A stretch of DNA of 25,063 nt from Pseudobacteriovorax sp. (GTDB lineage Bacteria; Bdellovibrionota_B; Oligoflexia; Oligoflexales; Oligoflexaceae). The position numbers and the translations under genes were made by a program. Under the pieces are notes generated by a model that made no database searches, was not told the DNA's origin, and saw only the letters and a list, made by a program, of their open reading frames with translations. The DNA lies in NCBI GenBank assembly GCA_050293845.1, contig JBNKNM010000025.1, positions 18,138-43,200 of the forward strand, read 5' to 3'. Each line of letters begins with the position of its first letter. The stretch's first letter is position 1. Shown piece after piece: positions 15,978 through 24,672 of this stretch.

Positions 15978-17522
15978 TTACAATATAAAGCCAATTTGGG
16001 CAGCATTGACCCTAAGCTGATTCATAAGGTCGGGAGCAAGTAAAAAGTCGAGTCTATTCGGATCATTCGGACTTCTCTCGACGATCAATCCAGCTTTAAA
16101 CTTTTCAGCACCTTCAACTAGACCTGCAAGCTCCCATCTCTTAAATAGGCTTATAGCCTCAGCTTTGGCTGTTTTTGGGGTTAGTACAGCCTGCCCAGTA
16201 GCAAAGCGTGTGCCATCGTCAGCAAGCTTGTGACGGGGGAACTTTGTTTGAAAATGCGTTCTAAAGCTAAATCTAATGAAAGATAGAGTCTGTTTGGTAT
16301 TGACATCCAAATAGGATCTATCGAGCGCCCCGAATGCGTTTTCTCGCATCGTTGTGATAAGGCGTTCGATTGCAATTTGCTGGTTTCCAGTGAGAAAGGT
16401 ACTGATTCCGTTTTTGAGCAAAACATTTCTTTCCTCCAATCTAAGCTGTGTTTTCCCTGCTAGTACGCCTCTAATCCTTAGCGTTTGATAGGGTCGAGCT
16501 GGATCGATTTGTGCGTATAGGGCATTAACGCCAGCCGTAGCCGCAGCCCATACCCAAGGCGCTGTCGGAGAATCTAGAGCTGACAGAATCGAATACTGTT
16601 TGGAGTTGGCAAAGAAACCATTCGTCCCCGTTTTATCCCCAAATGCAGTTGTAAGTTCTGAGACAGTTTTGAGGCTACTAGCTGTGAATGCATGGCCATC
16701 TAGCTGTCGGACAGGGCCAAACCTATCTTCTAGCTCATTGTCGATTGCATCTAAATTTGCCTTATCTGTGTAGGGAAATGCGATGACATTGTAATGAGTA
16801 TCATCAAGTACATTGACGATCTGACTAATATCTGGGTTAACAGTACCACCCGACATCTCAGTTTCAACTTCAGCGCGAATACCAGCAGGAAAAGTCTCAC
16901 TAGAGAAAAAATTAAACTGCACGTCAATTGAATTGCCTGCCAGCCCCTTGTGTCTAGCAGTTAAATTTACTTTAGTATCGATAGTAGCATCAACAGCAGC
17001 ATCAACGATCCTCTCGGGATCCGCTTGAATTGCAGCAGCAAGCTTAGTAGCCACAACCTTTGCTGTATCTGGATTTAACGCGGGGGGATTACCTCCAGGG
17101 CCAGCAGGAATCGTTCTGCCATTGACCGCAACATTATAAGCCTTGCCGCCAATATAACATGACAATGTTCCGCTGGCAGTTGCTAGTCCTGTAATAGACA
17201 TTACCCCCGTTGCTGCTACGCTGCCGCTGGCATCCTCAAGGCCAACAAAAAATGCCTCTGTTTGCTTGTTATTCTCAAACAGGCCATAAGCCATCTGGGC
17301 AAGCATAGACCCGGGACCGAAATAATCAATTGCCTGGGCTTCACTAGATATCCGGTGAATTTTAAGGGGGTCTTTTCTCCCTGTTCCTGTGAATTGTTGC
17401 CCTACTACCAGGATTTTATAGGGTTGAGCTTGAAGCCGGTCGCCTGCTGCATTGGAGTTGTCGAATTCAACAAAGGTGAATGGGACAAGCGAATCAGCAG
17501 GAACTCGGTTAAATGAAACCAT
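15978..17522 (-). CDS. Tail sheath protein, Mu gpL family
   Basis: VSFN.VP....VP..FVEFDNS, FG.GSMLA.M, DPARP.QTL, FPRHKLADDG and DPNRLD.L..PDL.NQL motifs. Confidence 0.95.
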   Translation of the reverse strand: MVSFNRVPADSLVPFTFVEFDNSNAAGDRLQAQPYKILVVGQQFTGTGRKDPLKIHRISSEAQAIDYFGPGSMLAQMAYGLFENNKQTEAFFVGLEDASGSVAATGVMSITGLATASGTLSCYIGGKAYNVAVNGRTIPAGPGGNPPALNPDTAKVVATKLAAAIQADPERIVDAAVDATIDTKVNLTARHKGLAGNSIDVQFNFFSSETFPAGIRAEVETEMSGGTVNPDISQIVNVLDDTHYNVIAFPYTDKANLDAIDNELEDRFGPVRQLDGHAFTASSLKTVSELTTAFGDKTGTNGFFANSKQYSILSALDSPTAPWVWAAATAGVNALYAQIDPARPYQTLRIRGVLAGKTQLRLEERNVLLKNGISTFLTGNQQIAIERLITTMRENAFGALDRSYLDVNTKQTLSFIRFSFRTHFQTKFPRHKLADDGTRFATGQAVLTPKTAKAEAISLFKRWELAGLVEGAEKFKAGLIVERSPNDPNRLDFLLAPDLMNQLRVNAAQIGFIL

Positions 17523-17582
17523 AGTTCCCTCACTTTTAAATAGTTGAAATATTTGGTTTTTTAGAGGAAGGGATTGGAGGCC

Positions 17583-17843
17583 TTACGAGGCTTTTTGTCG
17601 CCTTCTGGGGCGCTTTGGTTCGTATTCAGGCTCGGGGTCATGATTAATGGCTAACTCGACAAGAAGCTCAGGATCGAGTTCCACTTTCTCACCAGTATCG
17701 GCGCGAATCCTTTCAACTTCACCAGTTCTAAGCCTTCGATCCCAATACTCACTTTTGATGACCCAATATCCATCAGTAGGAATAGGTTTATTGGTTTTAG
17801 GATCAATCACAATAAGCCCACTTTTTGGCCGAATAAAATACAT
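17583..17843 (-). CDS. DUF2635 / Mu gp38-like protein
   Basis: IRPK.GL.V.DP......IP.DG..V....YW.RRL..GEV motif; directly upstream of the sheath. Confidence 0.85.
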   Translation of the reverse strand: MYFIRPKSGLIVIDPKTNKPIPTDGYWVIKSEYWDRRLRTGEVERIRADTGEKVELDPELLVELAINHDPEPEYEPKRPRRRQKAS

Positions 17844-18337
17844 TAGCTGGCCTCCTGTCCAGGAAGTCTTATGATATTCCCCTTATAGTCATCTGTTTGT
17901 GCGATTGGAGTTTGCGGAGTATGGAAAACGACTGCATAAACTAGCTCTATTTTTCCGTGAAGGGTTTCACCAGTGCTTTCAATGGATATCTCAGAGGTTA
18001 CCAGCATCGAATTGGAGACTTGCTGACCAAGAGTAAAATCTTTATCCATTACTTCTTCTATTTGACCAGCAAAATAATCAAGACGGTCGTCAATTCTCTC
18101 ATTGGCTTCTAGGTGAGCCTCGATAGTAAGGTTAAGTGTACGTTTAAGAATTCGAGGCGCCTGACTATGCTCCTCGGCTCCCTCGACTTCAGTTTTAACT
18201 ACAATTGCAGGTAGCTCATGGTCGTTAAGGTTTCTTGAGCGATTTGCGAACACATTGGACTTAGCAATGGTATTTGCCTCTTTGAGAAGGTCTTTAACCC
18301 TATGCCTAATTTTCATTCGTTGCATTGGACCAATCAT
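17843..18337 (-). CDS. Tail terminator / completion protein
   Basis: R..IR..V...L, VF.NR......ELPAI.V.T..E and LD..A..IE..M patterns; neck-region synteny. Confidence 0.7.
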   Translation of the reverse strand: MIGPMQRMKIRHRVKDLLKEANTIAKSNVFANRSRNLNDHELPAIVVKTEVEGAEEHSQAPRILKRTLNLTIEAHLEANERIDDRLDYFAGQIEEVMDKDFTLGQQVSNSMLVTSEISIESTGETLHGKIELVYAVVFHTPQTPIAQTDDYKGNIIRLPGQEAS

Positions 18338-18717
18338 CTAAACTCCTCTTTATAGCTAGTATCAAATTCGTGTAGATAGTCGTTGTCGTCGTCATTAATG
18401 TTTAGGTGTAAAATCATGTTCCCAGCATCGTCAGGATCTACAGCGGTAATTCGGTATTCGACCCCCCTAATGACAACGGTATCTTGATTTTCTACCGGTT
18501 CTTTTTTGAGATCGTAAAGAGTGACAAAGACATTAGGTTTTCGATTATTGAGGGCGGTGCCATCGGTGCCCGTTTCCCAATACTGTTCGGAGAAAACACC
18601 TCTTATTTTGTAGCGTCCTTCTCCCTTTTGCTGAAACCAAATGCCCTGCTTTTCGCCAAACTTTTTAAAAATCATCTCTACTGATTTTGGGACAGTGGAA
18701 TTCCTAAAACGATCCAT
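18334..18717 (-). CDS. Head-tail joining (closure) protein, lambda FII-like
   Basis: F.KFGE, IRGVF and D.VVIRG.EY.I..V.PD..G...L.L patterns; synteny after DUF2190. Confidence 0.7.
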   Translation of the reverse strand: MDRFRNSTVPKSVEMIFKKFGEKQGIWFQQKGEGRYKIRGVFSEQYWETGTDGTALNNRKPNVFVTLYDLKKEPVENQDTVVIRGVEYRITAVDPDDAGNMILHLNINDDDNDYLHEFDTSYKEEFR

Positions 18718-19090
18718 TTAGCCTTACTCCAACCTCTTTAGCACCATCCGGCGAGGCTTCAATGAAATTACCAATTCGCTTGTTATCAATGGTTACTTCA
18801 TCCGGTGCAGTGCCAGTGGTATAGGAAGCTTTAGTTGTGACACCTCCCCCGATGCCACTGGCTTTTTCTTGCCAATACGCAGCCTGACCTTGCCCAACCA
18901 CTTCTTTTTCATCAGCTTTTTTAAAAGCCCAACAGTGGACAACGGTGCCAGCAAATTTTTCAGTTGGCTCAGCATCGGAAGTTGGAATCACAAAAAGATC
19001 CCCAATAACAGCTGGAATACCAGACTTTACGCCACCAGGGGGCGCAATAAGAGTTAACGTGTCTCCACGGGATAAATAGTTAGTTGCCAT
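18704..19090 (-). CDS. DUF2190 family capsid-associated protein
   Basis: MATNY...GD.L.L.AP..GV.SG....IG, G...YW and C-terminal V.VRLNG motifs; follows the capsid gene. Confidence 0.85.
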   Translation of the reverse strand: MATNYLSRGDTLTLIAPPGGVKSGIPAVIGDLFVIPTSDAEPTEKFAGTVVHCWAFKKADEKEVVGQGQAAYWQEKASGIGGGVTTKASYTTGTAPDEVTIDNKRIGNFIEASPDGAKEVGVRLNGSF

Positions 19091-19154
19091 TTAGTTTTAG
19101 CTCCAAAGTTAGAATAAACTTTTGGGAGGGAGCCATTTCTTATTTTCAACATAC

Positions 19155-19187
19155 AAAAAACGCCGCCGCTGGGGATTAGCGGTGGCG
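19155..19187 (-). terminator. Rho-independent terminator after the capsid gene
   Basis: Minus strand CGCCACCGCU-AAUCCCC-AGCGGCGGCG-UUUUUU (one A-C mismatch), 10 nt after the capsid stop codon. Confidence 0.75.
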
Positions 19188-19196
19188 CACATTTCT
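19172..19196 (-). promoter_or_regulatory. Conserved 25-bp motif, copy 2 (AGAAATGTGCGCCACCGCTAATCCC)
   Basis: 24/25 identical to the 23051-23075 copy; forms the 5' arm and loop of the capsid terminator. Confidence 0.7.
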
Positions 19197-19197
19197 T

Positions 19198-21249
19198 TTA
19201 AGCTGCTAAATTTCCTTCTGATTTATATAGACCACGCCAATCCAAAGCTTTGGCTCCAATATCTAGCCAAGCTTTAACCTCGAAAGAACCAGTGTCAAAA
19301 TCGGTTCGAGTCTCCACTTGCGGGGCGCGGATTCCATCGAGATAAGAAAGCTCGATCATGTCCACACCGTCACCTTGATCAGCAGCAAGGAACCAGGGTT
19401 TTTTAGTGTATTTATCACCAGAGCGTTCGATAAGGGTATTCAGACGCGGCTCAGAAATAACCATCAAGTCTTCAAATGGGTTGTAATCCTCTTGGGTCGT
19501 CGGATTGTATTTCTTATTTACGAGCTTAAGGGCTTCGGTTTTCATCCGCGATGGTACGATAATGTACTTAGGTGGAATGTTTAGATAGTCCTTCTTATCA
19601 ATACCAACTTGGACTGACATTTTATATTCACCTTCGGACAAAGCAATCTCACCAAGCTCTTGCGGATCGTCAGCTCCAGTTAAGTTTCCATGGGCAGCAC
19701 TGAAAAGTAGCTTACCGTCTCCCATCCTCGGATTATCGAGGAAAATGGACCAAACTAATAAGCTCTCAAGCCTTGCACCAGCGGCACCGAAATTACCTAG
19801 AGCATTAAAGGCGCTCAAGTCGTCGTTGATGATAGCTTGACGGGTAATACCAATCTTCCGACCATAAGTGGCGATGCGATATGATTCTTTGCTTTCGCCT
19901 AATGTTCCTGCATGGACTTCAGCACCTTCTGGAATTTCCTTGAAGCTTGGGTGCTCTCCCAAACGGACTTTCGTCATTTCCTTAAAGTCTGGAGCATTGC
20001 CAATTCTAACAAGAGGCTGAAATGTCTGGCGCTGTACCAAGCGTTCAAAGGAACCTAATAATGTTTTATGTGAAATATTGGCTAAAATAGCAGGAAAATC
20101 TGAAGTGGAATGGAAAGCACGTTGGGCAATCTCTGTTCGTCTTCGGCTCGCAATCACGATACCACGCTTATCCAAGCACTCTTTTGCGATTTCCACTAAA
20201 CTCATTCCACGATACTGGTAAGCTGATTCATGCAACTCATTATTAGCAGGATCTTTACGGTGCAAGATTGCATTGGCAAGAGCATTGCGCCGGGTTTCAA
20301 TTTCATCGAGGTCACCAGCAACCACTCGGGAGTTAGCTGTGCGAGTCTCCCCCGCATCTTTATCAAGCATTTTTTGAAAAATTCTCTCCCGTGCAGTTTC
20401 CAAGGGAACATCGCCGTCGATGAGTTCATTGGCGAATGTATCGGACAATCCACCTCTTACGCAAAAGTCTTTAATCGAAGATGTACGCTGCTTTTCTGCT
20501 GCCACAGCCGCTTTTCTCACTTGATCAAGGTCAACTGTATTGTTGTCTGGAGATTGAGGTGGGGCTGTAGGAGCCGCGGCTGTTGCTCCCCGGGTAGCCG
20601 GTGTTTCTGTTCCTGAATCTGGGGTGGTCTCGGGATTTGTCTTTAAATTTTTGTTCTTTGTAGTCATTTGTTCTAGGCTCCGAATTTGGATGGGGTTGGA
20701 ATTTTTGGAAGGTTTTTTGCTGCGAGTTTGGGCGCCTGGATCGGCGGGGATAGGAACAAAAGAAAGCTCGTAAACCTCGTAATCTGTGGCTAAGAGCGTT
20801 CTATAAGCGGCGTTTGTATCGATTTGCCTCTCGGTAAATTGGTAAACCAAATACCCTATGGAGAGATTTCTTATTGTCCCATTTACTACATCTTGAAAGA
20901 TTTCTTGGGACTTTTTATTGGAACGAAACCTAACAGTGGCCCTTCCAACTCCGTCTTCAAACCACACTCGTACGACAGAGCCAATTTGGTCATCGAGACG
21001 GTCCGCGTGGTGTGAATCAAGAAGAGGAGCCCCATTTTCCAAGCGTTCAAGACGTACATGGTTAGGATCGGTCGAAAGCTCTTCATGATAAGGTTCATCA
21101 TCCCAAGGAACTCGTAACACCCTTGCACCTGTGGTCCAGGTAACATCTACCTCACTTGTTTTCTTGTTGACCGTTTCAGGAACAAATGAAGCTTGCCGGC
21201 TAAACGAACTTCCATCCACAGTACGCACTTTGAATGCGGGGGCAGGCAT
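19198..21249 (-). CDS. Prohead protease / major capsid protein fusion
   Basis: N-terminal APLLDSH..IG.V, G.IRNLSIGY and ELSFVPIPAD..A (HK97-type protease); Thr/Pro/Ala linker; C-terminal AFHSTSDFP.IL, TYGRK..ITRQAIINDDL and DWRGLYK (capsid). Confidence 0.93.
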   Translation of the reverse strand: MPAPAFKVRTVDGSSFSRQASFVPETVNKKTSEVDVTWTTGARVLRVPWDDEPYHEELSTDPNHVRLERLENGAPLLDSHHADRLDDQIGSVVRVWFEDGVGRATVRFRSNKKSQEIFQDVVNGTIRNLSIGYLVYQFTERQIDTNAAYRTLLATDYEVYELSFVPIPADPGAQTRSKKPSKNSNPIQIRSLEQMTTKNKNLKTNPETTPDSGTETPATRGATAAAPTAPPQSPDNNTVDLDQVRKAAVAAEKQRTSSIKDFCVRGGLSDTFANELIDGDVPLETARERIFQKMLDKDAGETRTANSRVVAGDLDEIETRRNALANAILHRKDPANNELHESAYQYRGMSLVEIAKECLDKRGIVIASRRRTEIAQRAFHSTSDFPAILANISHKTLLGSFERLVQRQTFQPLVRIGNAPDFKEMTKVRLGEHPSFKEIPEGAEVHAGTLGESKESYRIATYGRKIGITRQAIINDDLSAFNALGNFGAAGARLESLLVWSIFLDNPRMGDGKLLFSAAHGNLTGADDPQELGEIALSEGEYKMSVQVGIDKKDYLNIPPKYIIVPSRMKTEALKLVNKKYNPTTQEDYNPFEDLMVISEPRLNTLIERSGDKYTKKPWFLAADQGDGVDMIELSYLDGIRAPQVETRTDFDTGSFEVKAWLDIGAKALDWRGLYKSEGNLAA

Positions 21250-21302
21250 AGGTAAATCTCCTATGTGATTTATAAGTGTTATTTAGAAGGGAGGTATATT
21301 CA

Positions 21303-21320
21303 TGTCTATGATCATAGACA
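21303..21320. promoter_or_regulatory. Perfect palindrome, copy 3 (TGTCTATGATCATAGACA)
   Basis: Identical to 11040-11057; in the portal-capsid intergenic gap, 4 nt after the portal stop codon. Confidence 0.7.
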
Positions 21321-21324
21321 GTAA

Positions 21325-22785
21325 CTAAGTGGCGTTTTGCTCTTCTTTCTGCTTCTTTCCTACTGAAGGTTTTGCTTTTATATCTTGGCGACCATCTGCG
21401 GAAGAGATAATGCCCAGTTCATCGAGCTTTTTATTGTCCTCAGCAATTTCATTAAAGACCTGATTAGGATCGTAGCCACGGGATCGCACTTGCTCAGATA
21501 TGGAAGAGAATGCAGCCCGAGTTTCCATGACATGAGCCTCTATTTCTGTTTTCGGGTCGATAAATTCCCGCTTCGGTGGAACCCAAGTTGCCCTTGGATT
21601 GCCGCGAGCCTTGCCAGATAAAACGGCAGCATCGACGAACCATTTGAAGACGGGACCACAAAATTGCGGAACAAGCATGTGCCAGCGCCAATGTTCGATG
21701 GACCGATAAAATTCCATAAAGGCCATGCGAGCCGATGAGTAATTAACTCTGCTGTAATCATTGGCCAATATGATATATGGGACTTCAAGACCTGCCGATA
21801 TCGAATGAAGTTGATGAGCCACATATTCACCGTAACCCTGTACTATGGGTGGGTTTGAAAACTCAACGGTAGTTCCAGGTGGGGCAATTTTCCACTCCCC
21901 AGGTTCCAGCATTTCAAAGTCATCAAAGCGGTCGTCATCTTCTTCTGCTGCACCGTCCTTGTCAGTCAAAACACCAACAAGGCAAGCCGCAATTTTTTGT
22001 CGGACGAGCTGTGCGGATTCGTAGTCGTCTAAGTCGTTGATGCGCAAAATTGAAGGTGATAGCCATGGAAATCCTGTGACTTGACCAGGTCGGTGAGTTT
22101 CAAAAACATGAATTATATCCGAAGCGGGAACTTCAATTGATTTTAGCATCCTTAATCTATTTGAAGGGTCGGACGGATTCTGCTCGTAAAGCCAATATGA
22201 TTTTCGGCGTCCATAGCGATCAAATTCAATCCCCATAATGCCTTTACTGGTATCAAGATAGTCAGACTCAAGTATCTGGATTTGTAAGGGGACGGCTAGA
22301 CCAAAACTCGCTGGTCTAAAACGCTTTCTGATAAGACAGGAACCAGATTCAACAACTGTTTTCATAACAAGATATTCAATCCCATACAAATCGTGACGTC
22401 CATCAGCATCTACTTCTAAACTATCAGCCCAGTCTCGTAGAAGGGTTTCAAACTTCTTTGGCCCTTGAATCACTTGTGGCAAAATACCTGCACCAACTGT
22501 GTGACTTGCTATCGCTTTTACTCCACGCTTGGCATAGCTATTATTAACTGTGAGATATCGGGACCGATCTATCAGAGTTTTAAGACCCGACTGCATAAGT
22601 TCATTAACTGTACCACTGTGAGTTACCCAACCATCGGTCCTTCGACCCTTACTTGCAGCTTCGAACCTGCGCCTCGAATTTTTCCCCCATCCCTTCATAT
22701 GCTCCATCATGACACGATTTTGCATCCTGCGTCTGGCTTGAGCAGGAGAGACATAAGAGATCATTTTATCGAGGTAGTTCATCAA
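21325..22785 (-). CDS. Portal protein, lambda family
   Basis: FEAAS.GRRT..W, RSR.L..NN.YA, IIH.F...RPGQ..G.PW, DYS.VNYSSAR and IDP..E motifs. Confidence 0.95.
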   Translation of the reverse strand: MMNYLDKMISYVSPAQARRRMQNRVMMEHMKGWGKNSRRRFEAASKGRRTDGWVTHSGTVNELMQSGLKTLIDRSRYLTVNNSYAKRGVKAIASHTVGAGILPQVIQGPKKFETLLRDWADSLEVDADGRHDLYGIEYLVMKTVVESGSCLIRKRFRPASFGLAVPLQIQILESDYLDTSKGIMGIEFDRYGRRKSYWLYEQNPSDPSNRLRMLKSIEVPASDIIHVFETHRPGQVTGFPWLSPSILRINDLDDYESAQLVRQKIAACLVGVLTDKDGAAEEDDDRFDDFEMLEPGEWKIAPPGTTVEFSNPPIVQGYGEYVAHQLHSISAGLEVPYIILANDYSRVNYSSARMAFMEFYRSIEHWRWHMLVPQFCGPVFKWFVDAAVLSGKARGNPRATWVPPKREFIDPKTEIEAHVMETRAAFSSISEQVRSRGYDPNQVFNEIAEDNKKLDELGIISSADGRQDIKAKPSVGKKQKEEQNAT

Positions 22786-22982
22786 AATCCTTTTCGGAAG
22801 GTCGATCTAATACGCTTGCGCTTTTGTCCCTTACCAAGGGATCGAAGAATGATACGCCGGACTTTCAGCATTTGTTCTAGGGATTGGTATGTAATTTCTT
22901 TATCTGCAAAGCGGACGGTAAGTGCCCCTTCAGCAATAGCTTGCTCAAGAGCGTCGAGATTTTCTTGTGTAAATGATGACAT
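22782..22982 (-). CDS. gpW-like head-tail adaptor (start re-assigned to ATG at 22982)
   Basis: FTQENLDALEQAIAEGALTVRFADKEITYQS...M motif; GGGAGG RBS; ATGA overlap with the portal gene. Confidence 0.88.
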   Translation of the reverse strand: MSSFTQENLDALEQAIAEGALTVRFADKEITYQSLEQMLKVRRIILRSLGKGQKRKRIRSTFRKGF

Positions 22983-23050
22983 TGTATTGCCTCCCATGGG
23001 GTTTGACAGTGGGAGGCTCATTTACTGTTCTACTGGATTTTCGAGCGAAT

Positions 23051-23075
23051 GGGATTAGCAGTGGCGCACATTTCT
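23051..23075 (-). promoter_or_regulatory. Conserved 25-bp motif, copy 3 (AGAAATGTGCGCCACTGCTAATCCC)
   Basis: About 70 bp upstream of gpW, the first structural gene in the block. Confidence 0.7.
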
Positions 23076-23213
23076 CAATCTGAAAATGATATTTTTTTAT
23101 ATCTAATAATATCAATATGATATCTATGATATATTTGATATTTTCAATTTTACTGCTTGCGCTTTCTTCTCTCTCCGCTACATTCATTTCTAAGAAGAAG
23201 GAGTAAAAAAGCT

Positions 23214-24194
23214 ATGAACGACATCAAAGACAAGGGCAGCCTTCAGACCAATGTTCGTTGGTCAACGCACGAACAAAAGGAAGCATTTCACAATGCTCTA
23301 GCTCAGTATGACGGCAAGGTGAACGATTACTTAATAGCACTTATAAAGAATGACCCCATCACAGGAATGCCCGCAGGTGTTACTGAAGTAGATAACCGCA
23401 AATACGGTACATTCAAAGAAGCCTTTGCGATGCTCGCTAAAATGGTCAACGGCTTTGAAGGAGAGGCAAAAGCTCGCACACGCCTTGCCGACAAAGTTAT
23501 GGAAGAAGCCAAAACACAGATTGAAGAAATGTCCAAGTCCCATAAGGAAGAATTAGACGTTCTTAAGGGTAAAGTCGCAACGCTTGAAGAATACGGCAGT
23601 GAGCTAAAAAAGCTAAATGCCGACCTTGAAAAAGAAAACGGTCAGCTCAAAACTAAGGAAGAGAAGACCTTGGCATTTATGGAGAAAAATCAGCAGTACC
23701 GCGACGACCTGCAAAGCCAGCTAAACATTGCCCATACCACACTTTCAGAACTTGAGAAAAAAGTGGAAAATTACGACACACTAAAGGAACTAAAAGACAA
23801 CCTAAAGGCTGAGTGTGAATCACTTAGAACGAAAAATGAAAAAATCCCTGGTTATATTTCTCGGATTGATGAGCTTTACAAGCAAGTAGCTAAACTTGAC
23901 GGACAGCTTGGCCAAATCCAGAATCAGCTCAGCGAGCAAAAACAAACCCATGAGCAGGAAAAATCCGATTGGAAAAATGACCTCAAATCCCTACGTGAAG
24001 AGAGCGAAAGTAAAGCCAGCACTGAAAGGGATAAACTTCAAAGTAAAATTGACCTACTGATTACCGATCTTGCTACTAAAAATTCCCAAGTAAGCCAACT
24101 CAATGAGTTACTTAAAACCTCCGAAGAGGGTAAAAATATTTTACAGCAGCAGATAGACGAACTTCAGAAAACCAAGTTCGCCCCAAATGATTAA
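23214..24194 (+). CDS. Long coiled-coil protein with a possible N-terminal ribbon-helix-helix DNA-binding domain (KfrA-like architecture)
   Basis: AAGGAG RBS before ATG 23214; QTNVRW-STHEQKEAFHNAL-KVNDYLIALIK strand-helix-helix pattern, then over 200 aa of E/K/L/Q heptads. Confidence 0.65.
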   Translation: MNDIKDKGSLQTNVRWSTHEQKEAFHNALAQYDGKVNDYLIALIKNDPITGMPAGVTEVDNRKYGTFKEAFAMLAKMVNGFEGEAKARTRLADKVMEEAKTQIEEMSKSHKEELDVLKGKVATLEEYGSELKKLNADLEKENGQLKTKEEKTLAFMEKNQQYRDDLQSQLNIAHTTLSELEKKVENYDTLKELKDNLKAECESLRTKNEKIPGYISRIDELYKQVAKLDGQLGQIQNQLSEQKQTHEQEKSDWKNDLKSLREESESKASTERDKLQSKIDLLITDLATKNSQVSQLNELLKTSEEGKNILQQQIDELQKTKFAPND

Positions 24195-24198
24195 GGCG

Positions 24199-24549
24199 TC
24201 AGCGGCTTTGCTTGCTCCCAAGTTCTGCAACAGCATCAATTAACGATTCAATGCCGCCAGGTTTTAGAAAAATAGCATTAGCTCCGAGCTTTGTATAAGT
24301 GTCAAGATTGTCTTGTTCTCCAGTGTAGACGAAGATCGGAGTGTCATTTTTTGGTTTGAGTTCCATCAAAATTCGTTCGCCTCCACCCGAAGGCATATTG
24401 ATATCGGTAATTACCAGATCAAAGTCTTCAACACCAAGCAGTTCTGATGCTTTACGACCATCGTGAGCTAGGGTGCAATCATGGTTCGAAAGCGCCTCTT
24501 TGACCGTATCCGCTACATCTAAATCGTCGTCCACAATCAAAATTTTCAT
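24199..24549 (-). CDS. Stand-alone response regulator receiver domain (CheY-like; start re-assigned to ATG at 24549)
   Basis: MKILIVDDD, DLVITDINMP (phospho-acceptor Asp), VYTG and FLKP motifs; GGAGG RBS. Confidence 0.9.
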   Translation of the reverse strand: MKILIVDDDLDVADTVKEALSNHDCTLAHDGRKASELLGVEDFDLVITDINMPSGGGERILMELKPKNDTPIFVYTGEQDNLDTYTKLGANAIFLKPGGIESLIDAVAELGSKQSR

Positions 24550-24584
24550 AAAAAACCTCCACTTATCTAAAAAAAAATCGGAAA

Positions 24585-24672
24585 TACGAAATATTAGTTC
24601 GTAATTTACGAAGATATAACTTCGTTTTTTAATCGGCAAGTCCTCGTTATATTATTAATTAATAATATCGAG
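24585..24672. promoter_or_regulatory. Operator-like inverted repeats between the divergent receiver and XRE genes
   Basis: TACGAA-N7-TTCGTA (24585-24603), TACGAA-N8-TTCGT (24607-24625) and a perfect 20-bp ATATTATTAATTAATAATAT (24649-24668). Confidence 0.55.

Larger units (their letters stand above)
257..23075 (-). mobile_element. Prophage or phage-derived morphogenesis region: lambda-like head plus Mu-like contractile tail, with inserted cargo genes
   Basis: Co-oriented minus-strand ORFs in canonical head-neck-tail-baseplate-fibre-lysis order. Element boundaries (att sites, integrase, transposase) are not visible in the window. Confidence 0.95.

Noticed and set aside
289..17843. Tailocin or extracellular contractile injection system
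   Set aside because: Intact portal, protease-capsid and head-joining genes are contiguous with the tail genes.
22465..23187. ORFs 22465..23058 (+) and 22945..23187 (-)
   Set aside because: They overlap portal, gpW and the regulatory region and have no recognisable protein features.
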